Below are positions 54,790 through 64,000 of a stretch of 64,000 bases of DNA, piece by piece. Every line of letters starts with the position of its first letter. The stretch's first letter is position 1. The position numbers and the translations under genes are program-made. The notes below the pieces were generated by a model, which was not told the DNA's origin, searched no databases, and worked only from the letters and a program-made list of their open reading frames with translations. Source of the DNA: an uncultured bacterium (GTDB taxonomy: Bacteria > Chlamydiota > Chlamydiia > Chlamydiales > SM23-39); assembly GCA_963716985.1 (NCBI GenBank), contig OY970323.1, forward strand, positions 416,001-480,000, read 5' to 3'.

Positions 54790-55959
54790 CTACCCTAGCA
54801 CAAGAGGTCTTAAATATTCGACGAGCTCTCTATTTCCGCTTCTTTCTGCTGAGCCGAGGACTGTATGCCCCAATCGGCAAACTGCTTTGGGGTCTACATG
54901 GTACACGTTTATTAGAAATACAACGAGCTTCATATTTCCGCTTTCAGCTGCATAGAATAGGATTGTGCGGCCAAGCGAGTCGACTGCATTGGGGTTTGCC
55001 CCATACACGTTTATTAGATATCCAACGAGCCCTATATTTCCGTTTTGAGCTGCTGCGAATAGGATTGTATTACCGGCATAATCGACTGCCTTTGGATTTT
55101 CTCCTTGACTTATGAGGTTCTCAACGAGCTTTCTATTTCCGCTTCGAGCTGCATAGAATAGGATTGTCTGACCAAACAGGTCGGCTGCCTTTGGGTCTGC
55201 CTGATACACTTTTATTAGATATGTAACGAGCTCTATATCTCCGCTTGCGGCTGCTGCGTGTAGGATTGTCTGCTCGATCTGGTCGACTGCCTCTGGGTGT
55301 AGCTTATATACGTTTATTAGAAATGCAACGAGCTCTTTATTTCCGCTTCGAGCTGCTGCGTGTAGGATTGTCTGGCCGATCTGGTCGACTGCCTTTGGGT
55401 CTGCCTGGCACACGTTTATTAGATATGTAACGAGCGCTACATCTCCGCTTCGAGCTGCTGCGTGTAGGATTGTGTGGCCAAGCTGGTCGACTGCCTTTGG
55501 GTCTGCCTGATACACTTTTATTAGATATGTAACGAGCTCTATATCTCCGCTTCGAGCTGCATAGAATAGGATTGTGCGGCCAAGCTGGTCGGCTGCCTTT
55601 GGGTCTGCCTGGCACACGTTTATTAGATATGTAACGAGCTCTATATCTCCGCTTGCAGCTGCGTGTAGAACTGTAATGCCATCTTGTTGAGTGTGATTAA
55701 TTTTAGCGCGCAGTTCCTCGGGATGTTTCTTCATTAAAAATAAAGCGAGTCGTGGATTGTCTTTATCTTGAATCGCTTTTAGAAATTCCTCTTGCGACCC
55801 CATAAAATCACGGAACGCAGTGATGATTGGTTGTATTTCTTTTTTCAGGTCCAATGGAATTGTAGAAGCAGAAGGAGCTTCAGCCAGGACTTTCTGAAGT
55901 TTCTCAGTCCCCAACAAATTATAAACACACAGTTCTCTTAAAGAAGAATTAACAGACAT
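54790..55959 (-). CDS. Ankyrin-repeat protein with SOCS/BC-box-like N-terminus
   Basis: About nine 34-aa units G.TIL..AA.SG...LV.YLI...; N-terminus SLRELCVYNL...IPLDLKKEI. Confidence 0.88.
   Translation of the reverse strand: MSVNSSLRELCVYNLLGTEKLQKVLAEAPSASTIPLDLKKEIQPIITAFRDFMGSQEEFLKAIQDKDNPRLALFLMKKHPEELRAKINHTQQDGITVLHAAASGDIELVTYLINVCQADPKAADQLGRTILFYAARSGDIELVTYLIKVYQADPKAVDQLGHTILHAAARSGDVALVTYLINVCQADPKAVDQIGQTILHAAARSGNKELVAFLINVYKLHPEAVDQIEQTILHAAAASGDIELVTYLIKVYQADPKAADLFGQTILFYAARSGNRKLVENLISQGENPKAVDYAGNTILFAAAQNGNIGLVGYLINVYGANPNAVDSLGRTILFYAAESGNMKLVVFLINVYHVDPKAVCRLGHTVLGSAERSGNRELVEYLRPLVLG
55090..55665. repeat. 102-bp tandem coding repeats (ankyrin units)
   Basis: CTGCCTTTGGGTCTGCCTG recurs at 55185, 55389, 55491 and 55593 (period 102). 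Confidence 0.9.
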
Positions 55960-56102
55960 TTTATGCCTCAAGTTTTATTAACTTTTTTATAATTATACAT
56001 ACTTTTTTTTAAAAAATCAATAAAATAATTAAAATTTGTTAGTGTTTTTTTAAAATGTCCGCTTTTGGTAATTAAAATTTTTAATTACCAGGAGGGTAAC
56101 AA

Positions 56103-56545
56103 ATGAAGGAGGACATGATCATGAGTACCAGGGAAGTTTCTCTGAGCTTCAGAAGAAAGCGCTCACGCAAACGGAAGCGGCTCGTATTCTGAGGTTTAGC
56201 GATGAGCAAGGAAGAACTGGAGTTTGGACTAATTTCGCGTCTGAATCTGGTACAAAATCAGTTCAAATCTTGATTTGTGCTCTATAGCGATTTCTGTCGG
56301 AAAACCATATTGCTTGATTTATTCGGGGGTTTGAGAAAATTGTCCAAAAATCTCAAACCCCCAGATAATTCGACTGCAACATCCTTTGTTGCTCTTGTTC
56401 TGCAGGTTAATCATAGGAGATGACGTTTAATTTAGACTGATTTCTGCGCCTCCTGGTCCCAGAAATTAGTCCAAACTCCAGAAGAAGGCTACAAAATAAA
56501 GGCGCTGCTACTTGAGTTTCAAAAAAACGAGGCAGGATTTTCAGG
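56103..56545 (+). pseudogene. Degenerate 5' fragment of an ISNCY/IS481-like transposase, interrupted by a MITE
   Basis: GGAGG RBS then M...MSTRE; KKALTQTEAARIL.FS..Q.RR continues after the MITE as LQNKGAA..VSKKRGR; frameshifted and contains stops. Confidence 0.55.
56217..56481. mobile_element. 265-bp MITE
   Basis: Perfect 20-bp TIR CTGGAGTTTGGACTAATTTC / GAAATTAGTCCAAACTCCAG; 5-bp direct repeats AAGAA; central 12-bp hairpin 56325-56362. Confidence 0.85.
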
Positions 56546-56604
56546 ATAACGTTCGCCATGTCAGTGAAGGAATTTCTCTACAGGGCCTGACTTCGTCTGG
56601 ATTA

Positions 56605-57381
56605 TTAGAAACGAACCTCTCCGCTCACCGAATAGGCATTTTGACCGAAGAGGCGGGATTCTAGGTTGAGGGCTGCTTTTTGATTCGATAATAGAGAAAT
56701 ACCAACCACCATCCCCCATTTATGCCGGTTCTCTCCGGCGCGCGAGCGAAAGTCGACAAAATCATCGATTCCCGGAATTTTCAACAATCCGAGATCGGGA
56801 TCGGGAGTGAGTGTTGCAAAGAGATAAGAGAATCCAAGATAGGGGCTGAAAAAGGTTGCAGCATAGGAGACAAGAAAAGCTCCCTGCCACTCTTCATACC
56901 GAAGGGCAAAAGGAGTGACTAAGGCGGCCGGTAGTTTCCCTAATAGCAATTGCTGGAGACTGGGCTTGGTGTTGAAATATTTTACATCGCCGCCGAAAGT
57001 CCATTCATGAAAATGGAATAGAGAAAGCTTGACGCCTCCTCCCCAAGAGAGATGAGAAGAAGAGTTGATTGTCTTGTCCAAACACAACATCGAGCCGCCG
57101 GCAAATCCGTAGAAATCCGCATGCTTTTTTAAGGTAATCGTTACAATTCCTAGATTGCTCCGAAGTGCGAGGTGAGAAGGTGTGGATCCTTGGATTTTAA
57201 AGCGATCCCGCATTCTTCCGTGATAGAGATCATCAAAGATATATCCGGTGCGAACAATGAGATGGGGTTTCTGAAAGATCAGGCCCTCTTTGAAAAGAAG
57301 GGGATTTGCCGGATTCCCCACAAAAGCCCCAAACAGAGGAATGGAAAAAAGAAAAAAAATGATGGAGTGAAAAAATCGCAT
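56605..57381 (-). CDS. MOMP/PorB-like outer-membrane beta-barrel protein
   Basis: Signal peptide followed by VGNPANP, Y.EWQG, FSPYLG, terminal Phe; chlamydial porin-family pattern. Confidence 0.75.
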   Translation of the reverse strand: MRFFHSIIFFLFSIPLFGAFVGNPANPLLFKEGLIFQKPHLIVRTGYIFDDLYHGRMRDRFKIQGSTPSHLALRSNLGIVTITLKKHADFYGFAGGSMLCLDKTINSSSHLSWGGGVKLSLFHFHEWTFGGDVKYFNTKPSLQQLLLGKLPAALVTPFALRYEEWQGAFLVSYAATFFSPYLGFSYLFATLTPDPDLGLLKIPGIDDFVDFRSRAGENRHKWGMVVGISLLSNQKAALNLESRLFGQNAYSVSGEVRF

Positions 57382-57634
57382 GCGAAAAAACTTAAAAAAT
57401 TCTTCCGCTTATCTTCTCAAATTTTTTTTCAAAAGAAAAGGATTTTCATCATTGGGAAAAATGTAGAGGGGAATTTTTTTTGGTTTTTTGCCCTTCTAGA
57501 TTCTTGAGAGTGGCTTTTCTGAAAAAAGAAAATTTTTTGTGAAAAAATTAAAAAAAATCTTGCATAATATTTTCAAGAGCAACTATGCACAATAATATAG
57601 TGGCGCAATTTTTACAACCACAGGAGTTTTTGGG

Positions 57635-57895
57635 ATGGGATTAAAAGACACCATTAATGAAATGAACAAATATCTGGCATGCTTGGCGGAAGACATGGAC
57701 AAAGTCGCTAAAGGAAATAAGGCGGCTTGCCAGAGAGTGCGAACAGGAACGATTCGATTTGGAAGGGTTGCAAAATGTTTTCGAAAGGAATCGATTTCTG
57801 CAGAAAAGGGCGGCAGTTTGAAAAAATTAAAGGCTGTCAAAGAAAAAAAAGCGAAAGCAAAAAGTTTACCCAAGAAGAAAAAAAGCAGAAGATAA
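57635..57895 (+). CDS. hctA: Histone H1-like protein Hc1
   Basis: MGLKDT...KGNKAACQRVRT..I...AK.FRKESI.AEK plus Lys-rich tail. Confidence 0.9.
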   Translation: MGLKDTINEMNKYLACLAEDMDKVAKGNKAACQRVRTGTIRFGRVAKCFRKESISAEKGGSLKKLKAVKEKKAKAKSLPKKKKSRR

Positions 57896-57925
57896 GTTTC
57901 AATACCCTTTCTTTATGGAACGACT

Positions 57926-57956
57926 GGGGGAAACAAACATTTGTTTCCCCCTTTTT
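57926..57956 (+). terminator. Intrinsic terminator after hctA
   Basis: GGGGGAAACAAA/TTTGTTTCCCCC stem followed by T5. Confidence 0.8.
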
Positions 57957-58030
57957 CGTTCTCTAAAATTTTTCCTATCACTCTCAGCGCAGTTGCATTC
58001 ATTGTCGGTTTTGGGTAGATTTTCTGCTCT

Positions 58031-59425
58031 ATGACGCAAAAAGAAATCCTCATTGAATCCTTTACCAAGAAAGGGGATGGAGCCGGATGGCTTCTTTTAG
58101 AGGGAAGCAAAGTCCCCTCCAGAGTGGAAATTCCCCACACCCTTCCGCAAGACCGCGTGCTTGCCGATCTTCGTAAAAAAAGAAAACGGGTTGTGAAGGG
58201 CAGGCTTGTGCAAATCCTATCCCCCTCGCCCTTTCGCATCACCCCCCCTTGCGCACATGCAGAGATTTGCGGCGGCTGCACCTGGCAGGCCCTCGACTAC
58301 TCGCAGCAGGTAAAGACCAAAGAAAACACTCTTCGAGAGATATGCAAGGAATTTCTTGGCCCCTACCGTCTTTTCCCCATGATTTCCTGCGACAATCCCT
58401 TTCTTTATCGCAATAAAATGGAGTTTTCCTTTTCTCAAAATCGAGGGGGTATGCGCTATTTGGGGCTGATGATTGCACGAGCGGATCGATATGTATTCAA
58501 TATCGACCTTTGCCACTTGGCAAGCCCTTGGTTTTCCGATGTTTTGTGCGCGACTCGCCGCTGGTGGGAAGAGAGCTCTTTGAGCGCTTATCGTCCCATG
58601 GAAAATAGAGGCTCTCTTCGCACGCTTACTTTGCGCGAGGGAAAAAACACCCAAGAAAAAATGGTTGTGTTAACTACATCTCATCATCCTGAGGATCAAC
58701 TGAAAGAAGAAGACGAGCGCTCTTTTGTTCTCGCGGTGGCCAAGGCTCTCAAGGGAGAAAATGCGAGCATTTTTTTGCGTTTGCAAAAGGCGGAAAAAGG
58801 CAGTGCCACCTCTTTTGAGGAAAAACTTCTTTATGGTAGGCCCTTCATCCAAGAAAAACTTCGCATCGGCCCTCGCACGCTTCAATTTAAGATCAGCCCC
58901 TCCTCTTTTTTTCAGCCCAACACCTCCCAAGCAGAAAAACTTTTTTTGAAAGCGCTCGAGATGGCAAAACCAAAACGAGACGCTATTCTCTTCGACCTTT
59001 ATTGCGGATCGGGAGCCATCGGCATGGTGTTTGCTCCCTTTGTCCGCAAGGTGATCGGGATCGAAGAAAATGCCTCCGCCGTTGCCGATGGCAGGGAAAA
59101 TCTTCTTTTGAACGGCATCCAAAACTATCGGATGCTACACGGCGACGTGGGCACGGTGTTAACAGGGCTGATGGCGGAGAAAGATTTTGAGCGGCCCGAC
59201 CTGATCGTCGTAGATCCTCCTCGCAGCGGTCTGGATGCTCTTGCCATCGGACAGATTCTATCCTTGCGGCCCAAAACTCTTTTATACATCTCTTGCAATC
59301 CTCAAACGCAAATAGAAAATATTAAAAATATACAATCTTTTTATCGTTTGTTAGAGATCCAGCCCATTGACCAATTCCCCCATACGCCCCACATGGAAAA
59401 CATTGCTTTACTCGAGAGAATTTAG
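58031..59425 (+). CDS. rlmD: 23S rRNA m5U methyltransferase (RlmD/TrmA family)
   Basis: C.H...CGGC, YRNKMEF, SFFQPN, DLYCGSG, VDPPRSG, YISCNP, DQFPHTPHME. Confidence 0.92.
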   Translation: MTQKEILIESFTKKGDGAGWLLLEGSKVPSRVEIPHTLPQDRVLADLRKKRKRVVKGRLVQILSPSPFRITPPCAHAEICGGCTWQALDYSQQVKTKENTLREICKEFLGPYRLFPMISCDNPFLYRNKMEFSFSQNRGGMRYLGLMIARADRYVFNIDLCHLASPWFSDVLCATRRWWEESSLSAYRPMENRGSLRTLTLREGKNTQEKMVVLTTSHHPEDQLKEEDERSFVLAVAKALKGENASIFLRLQKAEKGSATSFEEKLLYGRPFIQEKLRIGPRTLQFKISPSSFFQPNTSQAEKLFLKALEMAKPKRDAILFDLYCGSGAIGMVFAPFVRKVIGIEENASAVADGRENLLLNGIQNYRMLHGDVGTVLTGLMAEKDFERPDLIVVDPPRSGLDALAIGQILSLRPKTLLYISCNPQTQIENIKNIQSFYRLLEIQPIDQFPHTPHMENIALLERI

Positions 59426-59487
59426 CTTGCTTTTGACTCTCTTTTAGGGCAAAATTAATTCAATGACCAACCGATGGAATTATTTTT

Positions 59488-59868
59488 ATGAAAAAAATCA
59501 TTACGTTTTTTGCCATGTTATCCGCCCCGCTCTTTGCCGATGAGGCAGCACCTGCTTCGTCTTCGGGCAGTTATCTTCAAACGATTATAATGATTGGTGT
59601 GGCGCTGGTATTCTTCTATTTCATTCTCTGGAGACCTGAACAAAAAAGAAGAAAGAAAGCGGAAGCGCTTCGCAGTTCCCTGAAAAAAGGCGACCGCGTA
59701 ACTGCCATGGGCATCATTGGCACAGTTGCTCGCATTACCGACACCACTGTTATTCTCAAAATGTGCGATGGCGCTAAGATAGAATTTCTCAAAGGCGCTA
59801 TTTCCGATGTGCAGCCTTGTGCGTCTGAAGAGCAATCCAAAGAAAAAGAAGAAGTCACTGCTGAATAA
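59488..59868 (+). CDS. yajC: Preprotein translocase subunit YajC
   Basis: FYFILWRPEQKRRK, LKKGDRVTAMGIIG. Confidence 0.95.
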   Translation: MKKIITFFAMLSAPLFADEAAPASSSGSYLQTIIMIGVALVFFYFILWRPEQKRRKKAEALRSSLKKGDRVTAMGIIGTVARITDTTVILKMCDGAKIEFLKGAISDVQPCASEEQSKEKEEVTAE

Positions 59869-59894
59869 TCCTTCTTTTTTTCAATAGAACGAAT

Positions 59895-59924
59895 AACCAA
59901 AGGGGAAACTCTTTGGTTTTTTTT
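59895..59924 (+). terminator. Terminator after yajC
   Basis: AACCAAAGGG/CTCTTTGGTT stem followed by a T run. Confidence 0.65.
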
Positions 59925-59938
59925 GTTTTTAGAGGGCT

Positions 59939-62125
59939 TTATTGAAGACGAGAATTTATCCTCTGTAGAGCATAGTAGATGTTGGCGAGCTCTTGTTGTG
60001 AAGCACGTAAAAGACGTTCGAGAGATTCATTGAGACTTCTTCTTTTTTCAAAAGTTGCTATTGTTTTCGTTAATTCTGTTATTCTTTGTTGCAGCCTGCT
60101 TTCTTCATCTTTAATTTGTGCAAGCTGCCGCCGTCTGATTGTTTGTGAAAGATCTTGGCCTTTCGTTTGTGGGTTTTCCAATTCTTCTTTCAATCGTTCG
60201 ATTTCTTCTTCTATCCTTTTAGGTGAGGGAAGAATTTTGAGCAGATTCTGCAGTTTTTCCTTTGTTGTTTGTACTGGTTGTGGGTAAGAAGAACGAAGAG
60301 TAGGATCTTCTTGATGATCTCGTAGGTCAAATAAATAGTGGATGCATTGTTGAACGGCTTGAAGAGTAGCTATGTAGAGGAAGAAGGGTCGGTTTTCAAG
60401 TGCCTTTGCGATATCCTCTTGGGAACAGCTATTCGCTTTAAGTTTTTGTGAGATCTGGAGGGCAGTCTGGAGGGTAGTCCGGGTAGGGCTAGAGACAGAG
60501 GTTTTTTTTCCGGAAAGCGTTTGCAAGGGTTGTTCCCCCAGGGAAGACAGAAATACCCTTTCCCATTCTTGAAATTGAGTTTGTCCGCTTATGACCAGAT
60601 TGATGTTTGTAGAGAAAATAGAGTTGATCCGACCTGCGGAGTCTCTGATAAGATGGGGAGTTTCTTGGGGAATCTTTTCCGGGATGGTGATTTTGCCAGC
60701 TGCGAACGCGAACCCTATGACATAAGAGGGATTGGCTAATCTATCCAGCAAAAACTGGAAACAATGACGAGCTTCTTGTGTAAGAGAGATCGGAGAAGTG
60801 TCAACAACGGAAGCGGCTTTTTCTTCTTCTTTTGGGGAAGGGATGAGTCTGGACTGTAAAGCATTAATAGCTGCTGTCCCTTCGTCTTCCTCAGGTTTGG
60901 GCGATTCTTTTTTTTGTGGCGAAGAAGCGGGAGGGGCAGCTGACGGTGCTTCTGCAATTATCCTTTCCTCTTCTTCGCTTTGCTGTCGAATTGCTTCTTC
61001 TTCTGCTTTTTTGACGTTGGCCAAAAAGATTTGTTGTTGTTCTCTTATTTACCGCATCTCAAAAGAATGCCAATCTTGTAGAGAATGACGAGCTTTCTGA
61101 GATTCTTTTTCAAGTGCAACCATACGTTCTGAAGATTTTATTAACTCGTTTTCAAGAGTTGTTATTTCTAGTAGTGCTCTTTTGTATTGAGCCTCTGCTG
61201 TATCTTTAGCTCTTGAAGCTTGAGCGAGCTGGCCTTGTAGTTCTTCAATTGCTCGAGCATGTTCTCCTGCAGTTCGTTCGAGTTGCCTTTCTAAACCGGA
61301 GAGACGCCCCCGAAGAGACGCAATCAATCCTTCTTGATCAGGGCGCGATTTTTCTAATGCCTCTTGTGCAGCTTGACGAATTTGATGGATTCCCTGGTCT
61401 TTTTCTTCCAGCGCCTGTCGCCATGCATCTTGCTGTTGCTGCGCTGCTTGAATTTGCCGTCGTGTCAGTCGCGATTGTGGAGCAAGTGCTTGGCTTGAAG
61501 TTCCGGGTCTATCTCTTGGGTCAGGCGATGGACTTCGCGAAGAGGATGGATCTCTTCTCTGATTAGGAGCGGGGGATCCTGGAATTTGGTGGCGAATAAC
61601 ATGTGTGCCATGGTTGTTTCTTAAAAGATAAGGGAATCGTCCTCGATGAGCTGAAGTTATTTTAAGGGGAATTGGATGTGCGGTTCCGGGGAGGATATGA
61701 GGAGGTGCTGCTATAGGTGCTGTCGCGGGAAGTGGTGCTGCAGGTGCGACAGGAGTTGGTGCTGCAGCAATTGTGGCAGGATGGGGGGCATTTGTATAAT
61801 GCTTGAATTTGTTATAAATTTTCGTGTGGATGTTTTCGAGCTCAATGTCCGAGCAAGGAAGGATAAATTCTACTCTGGGAGAGAGAGAAATTTCAAATTG
61901 TTTGAAGGCGGGGCGAACAGTGACATAAGCTGTGTCTGGATTTCCACCTCTTTTTGTAACTTCTCTTACAAAGTTTGGGTTCTTTCGAAGCTCGGCAAAC
62001 TCGTGATTTGCTAAATCGGCAAAAAAATCTTCGGAAAATTCATGGCGGCTTTGAAGCGTACATGCGGTCATATGATATCTATTAAGGGTAGAGGCTGGGG
62101 GGGTAGGAGCCGCAATAGCTGTCAT
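59939..62125 (-). pseudogene. Pro-rich/coiled-coil protein (728 codons) split by one in-frame TAA at 61049-61051
   Basis: ORFs 61049-62125 and 59939-61024 are in the same frame: ...FEMR*IREQQQIFLANVKK... Confidence 0.7.
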
Positions 62126-62246
62126 AATTGCTCTTTTTATTTAATAGTTATAATTCTCCTAATATTGTAATAAAAAGTTTCCTATTTTTTCAATGATTAA
62201 AAGAGATTATTTGTATTAATAATTTTTTTTGTGCGTAATAAAATTA

Positions 62247-64000
62247 TTAATTATTGCAAAAAGATGCAAGGCGCGTCAAAAGTTGGGCGGAAGATAAAGA
62301 AAATTCTTGCAACTGCTCTGACGACAACTCTTTTTGAGAAAGCAAAGAGAGTTGATAGAGGTGGCGCAGGAGAGAAGAGGCAAGATCGGGTTGCGAGCTT
62401 CTTAACTGCAAGGCTTTGATAATAAGGCTGTTATTGGTATTTACGACAAAAGTTTTTTTGGGAAGGAGCTCTTCTTTCATGCTTTGCGTCATGTGCAAAT
62501 AATCCCGCATGCGTCTTTCCTCTTCTTTGAGAAGAATGAAGGCGGGAAGCTCATCGGACGCAAGGCTTTTGGCTTCGACGTCTAAATCGGGGAGCGCAAT
62601 CGCAGAACGGACAAAATCGGCAATTTTGGAAGATTCCGATCGTCCGTCGGGATCTAAAAGATTTTTTTCTCTTGAGCTGTCTAAAACGGAGTCGTCAATG
62701 GCGCCGTCGATGCGCTGAAAGGAGATCGATCTTTTTCGCTCGAGAAAGGAGATGACGGCCGTATCAATATGCTGGTTGATGTGGAGGACGGGTATTTTTT
62801 TCTGGTGATAGAGATCCAGGATGGGACTTTTTTCTTGCTGGGTGTAAAAGATTTTTTTATTGTCAGAGAGAATCTGATCGATGGTCAGCCACTCGTTTTG
62901 GCTGCTTTGCCAGATGAGAAAATCCTTGACGCGCTCGTAAAATTTTTCATCTTGCAAAATGCCCAGCTTGATGATCATCTCGAGATCTTTCCATTGGGAA
63001 ATGAAGCGCTCTTTGTCTGTTTGGTAGAGGGAAAGCAGATGGTCGGCAATTTTTTTTGCGATATGATTCGAGAGCTGGCGCACGTTTTTGTCCATTTGCA
63101 AATAGCTGCGGGAGACGTTCAAGGGAATGTCGGGGCTGTCGATGGCTCCACGTAAAATGGCCAGATAATCGGGAAGAAGGTCTTTGCAGTTATCGGAAAC
63201 GAACACCCGGTTGCAAAAAAGTTTTAAACTGGTTTTTGAAAAATCGAATTGAGAGGTGATTTTTGGAAAATAGAGAATGCCCTTCACGCGAAAGGGAAAA
63301 TCGATGTGAATCGAAAGCCAAAAAACCGGATCCGCCTCAAAAGGATAGAGCTCGCGATAAAATTCTACCGCCTCTTTTTCGGAGATGTCGGAGGGGTTTT
63401 TGATCCAAAGAGGGGATGTTTGGTTGATCTGGATGTTGTTGAGGTAGATGGGAAAGGGAAGGTAGGGTGAAAACCGCTTGAGAAGTTTTTGGAGAAGTTG
63501 AGGTTCGAGGAACTCTTCGCTCTCTTTGTTGAGATGGAGAATGACGTCGGTGCCTTGCTCGGAGCGGGTGCCCGCATCTAGGAGATATTCGGAAGAGCCG
63601 TCGCAGGACCAGAAGACGGGTTTTGTGTTTTCTCCATAAGATAATGTTTGAATCTCTACCTTGTCTGCCACCATATAGGAGGAATAGAATCCAAGGCCAA
63701 AATGGCCGATCATAGCTGCCTCTTCCGTCTGATATTTTTCGATAAATTCCTGTGCGCCGGAAAAAGCAATTTGGGCGATATATTTTTCCACCTCTTCTTC
63801 GGTCATGCCGATGCCGTTGTCGGAGATGGTTAAGGTTTTTTTTGAAGAGTCGATTGCGATGTCGATGCGAAAGGGCTCTTGGGAGGCGAGGGCTTGCTGT
63901 TCTGATTGTAGAATTTTGAGTTTTTGGATCGCATCGGTCGCGTTCGAGACGAGCTCGCGAAGAAAAATTTCTTTTTCCGAATAGAGCCATTTTTTAATGA
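62247..64000 (-). CDS. htpG: Chaperone HtpG (Hsp90), 5' end outside the window
   Basis: IKKWLYSEKEIFLRELVSNATDA, DNGIGMT, IGHFGLGFYS, IDSPDIPLNVSRSYLQ. Confidence 0.97.
   Translation of the reverse strand, partial: IKKWLYSEKEIFLRELVSNATDAIQKLKILQSEQQALASQEPFRIDIAIDSSKKTLTISDNGIGMTEEEVEKYIAQIAFSGAQEFIEKYQTEEAAMIGHFGLGFYSSYMVADKVEIQTLSYGENTKPVFWSCDGSSEYLLDAGTRSEQGTDVILHLNKESEEFLEPQLLQKLLKRFSPYLPFPIYLNNIQINQTSPLWIKNPSDISEKEAVEFYRELYPFEADPVFWLSIHIDFPFRVKGILYFPKITSQFDFSKTSLKLFCNRVFVSDNCKDLLPDYLAILRGAIDSPDIPLNVSRSYLQMDKNVRQLSNHIAKKIADHLLSLYQTDKERFISQWKDLEMIIKLGILQDEKFYERVKDFLIWQSSQNEWLTIDQILSDNKKIFYTQQEKSPILDLYHQKKIPVLHINQHIDTAVISFLERKRSISFQRIDGAIDDSVLDSSREKNLLDPDGRSESSKIADFVRSAIALPDLDVEAKSLASDELPAFILLKEEERRMRDYLHMTQSMKEELLPKKTFVVNTNNSLIIKALQLRSSQPDLASSLLRHLYQLSLLSQKELSSEQLQEFSLSSAQLLTRLASFCNN

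Noticed and set aside
54747..55615. Repetitive alternative-frame ORFs (122, 61 and 92 aa) and a possible repeat array
   Set aside because: By-products of the 102-bp ankyrin coding repeats.

Overview
This window comes from an environmental member of the phylum Chlamydiae. The evidence is a Chlamydiales-type 16S 5' signature, hctA, a MOMP-like porin, and the chlamydial gene orders rpsL-rpsG-fusA-rpsJ/tsp, nrdR-dksA-lspA, lpxK-E2-kdsD and hctA-rlmD-yajC. Conserved housekeeping blocks and one complete rRNA operon (16S, tRNA-Ala, tRNA-Ile, 23S, 5S) alternate with four accessory patches. (1) 1-7.9 kb: IS relics, a MITE, a complete IS21-family element whose istB is split by an antisense group II intron, and a RING-ankyrin gene. 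(2) 13.6-27.3 kb: an islet bracketed by tRNA-Phe and a degenerate copy of its 3' half, carrying a 2023-aa autotransporter and a secreted GH64-like beta-1,3-glucanase, next to a TpsA/TpsB pair. (3) 42.3-45.7 kb: an MFS gene and a ModBC-like ABC operon in which a secreted His-containing helical protein sits where the binding-protein gene is expected. (4) 51.3-56.5 kb: two MITEs, an unclassified Mutator-like IS that splits a reconstructable 332-aa candidate effector gene, and a SOCS-box-like ankyrin protein. A 728-codon coiled-coil gene is split by one in-frame stop, and htpG runs off the right edge. All family assignments are from motif recognition by eye; no searches were run.
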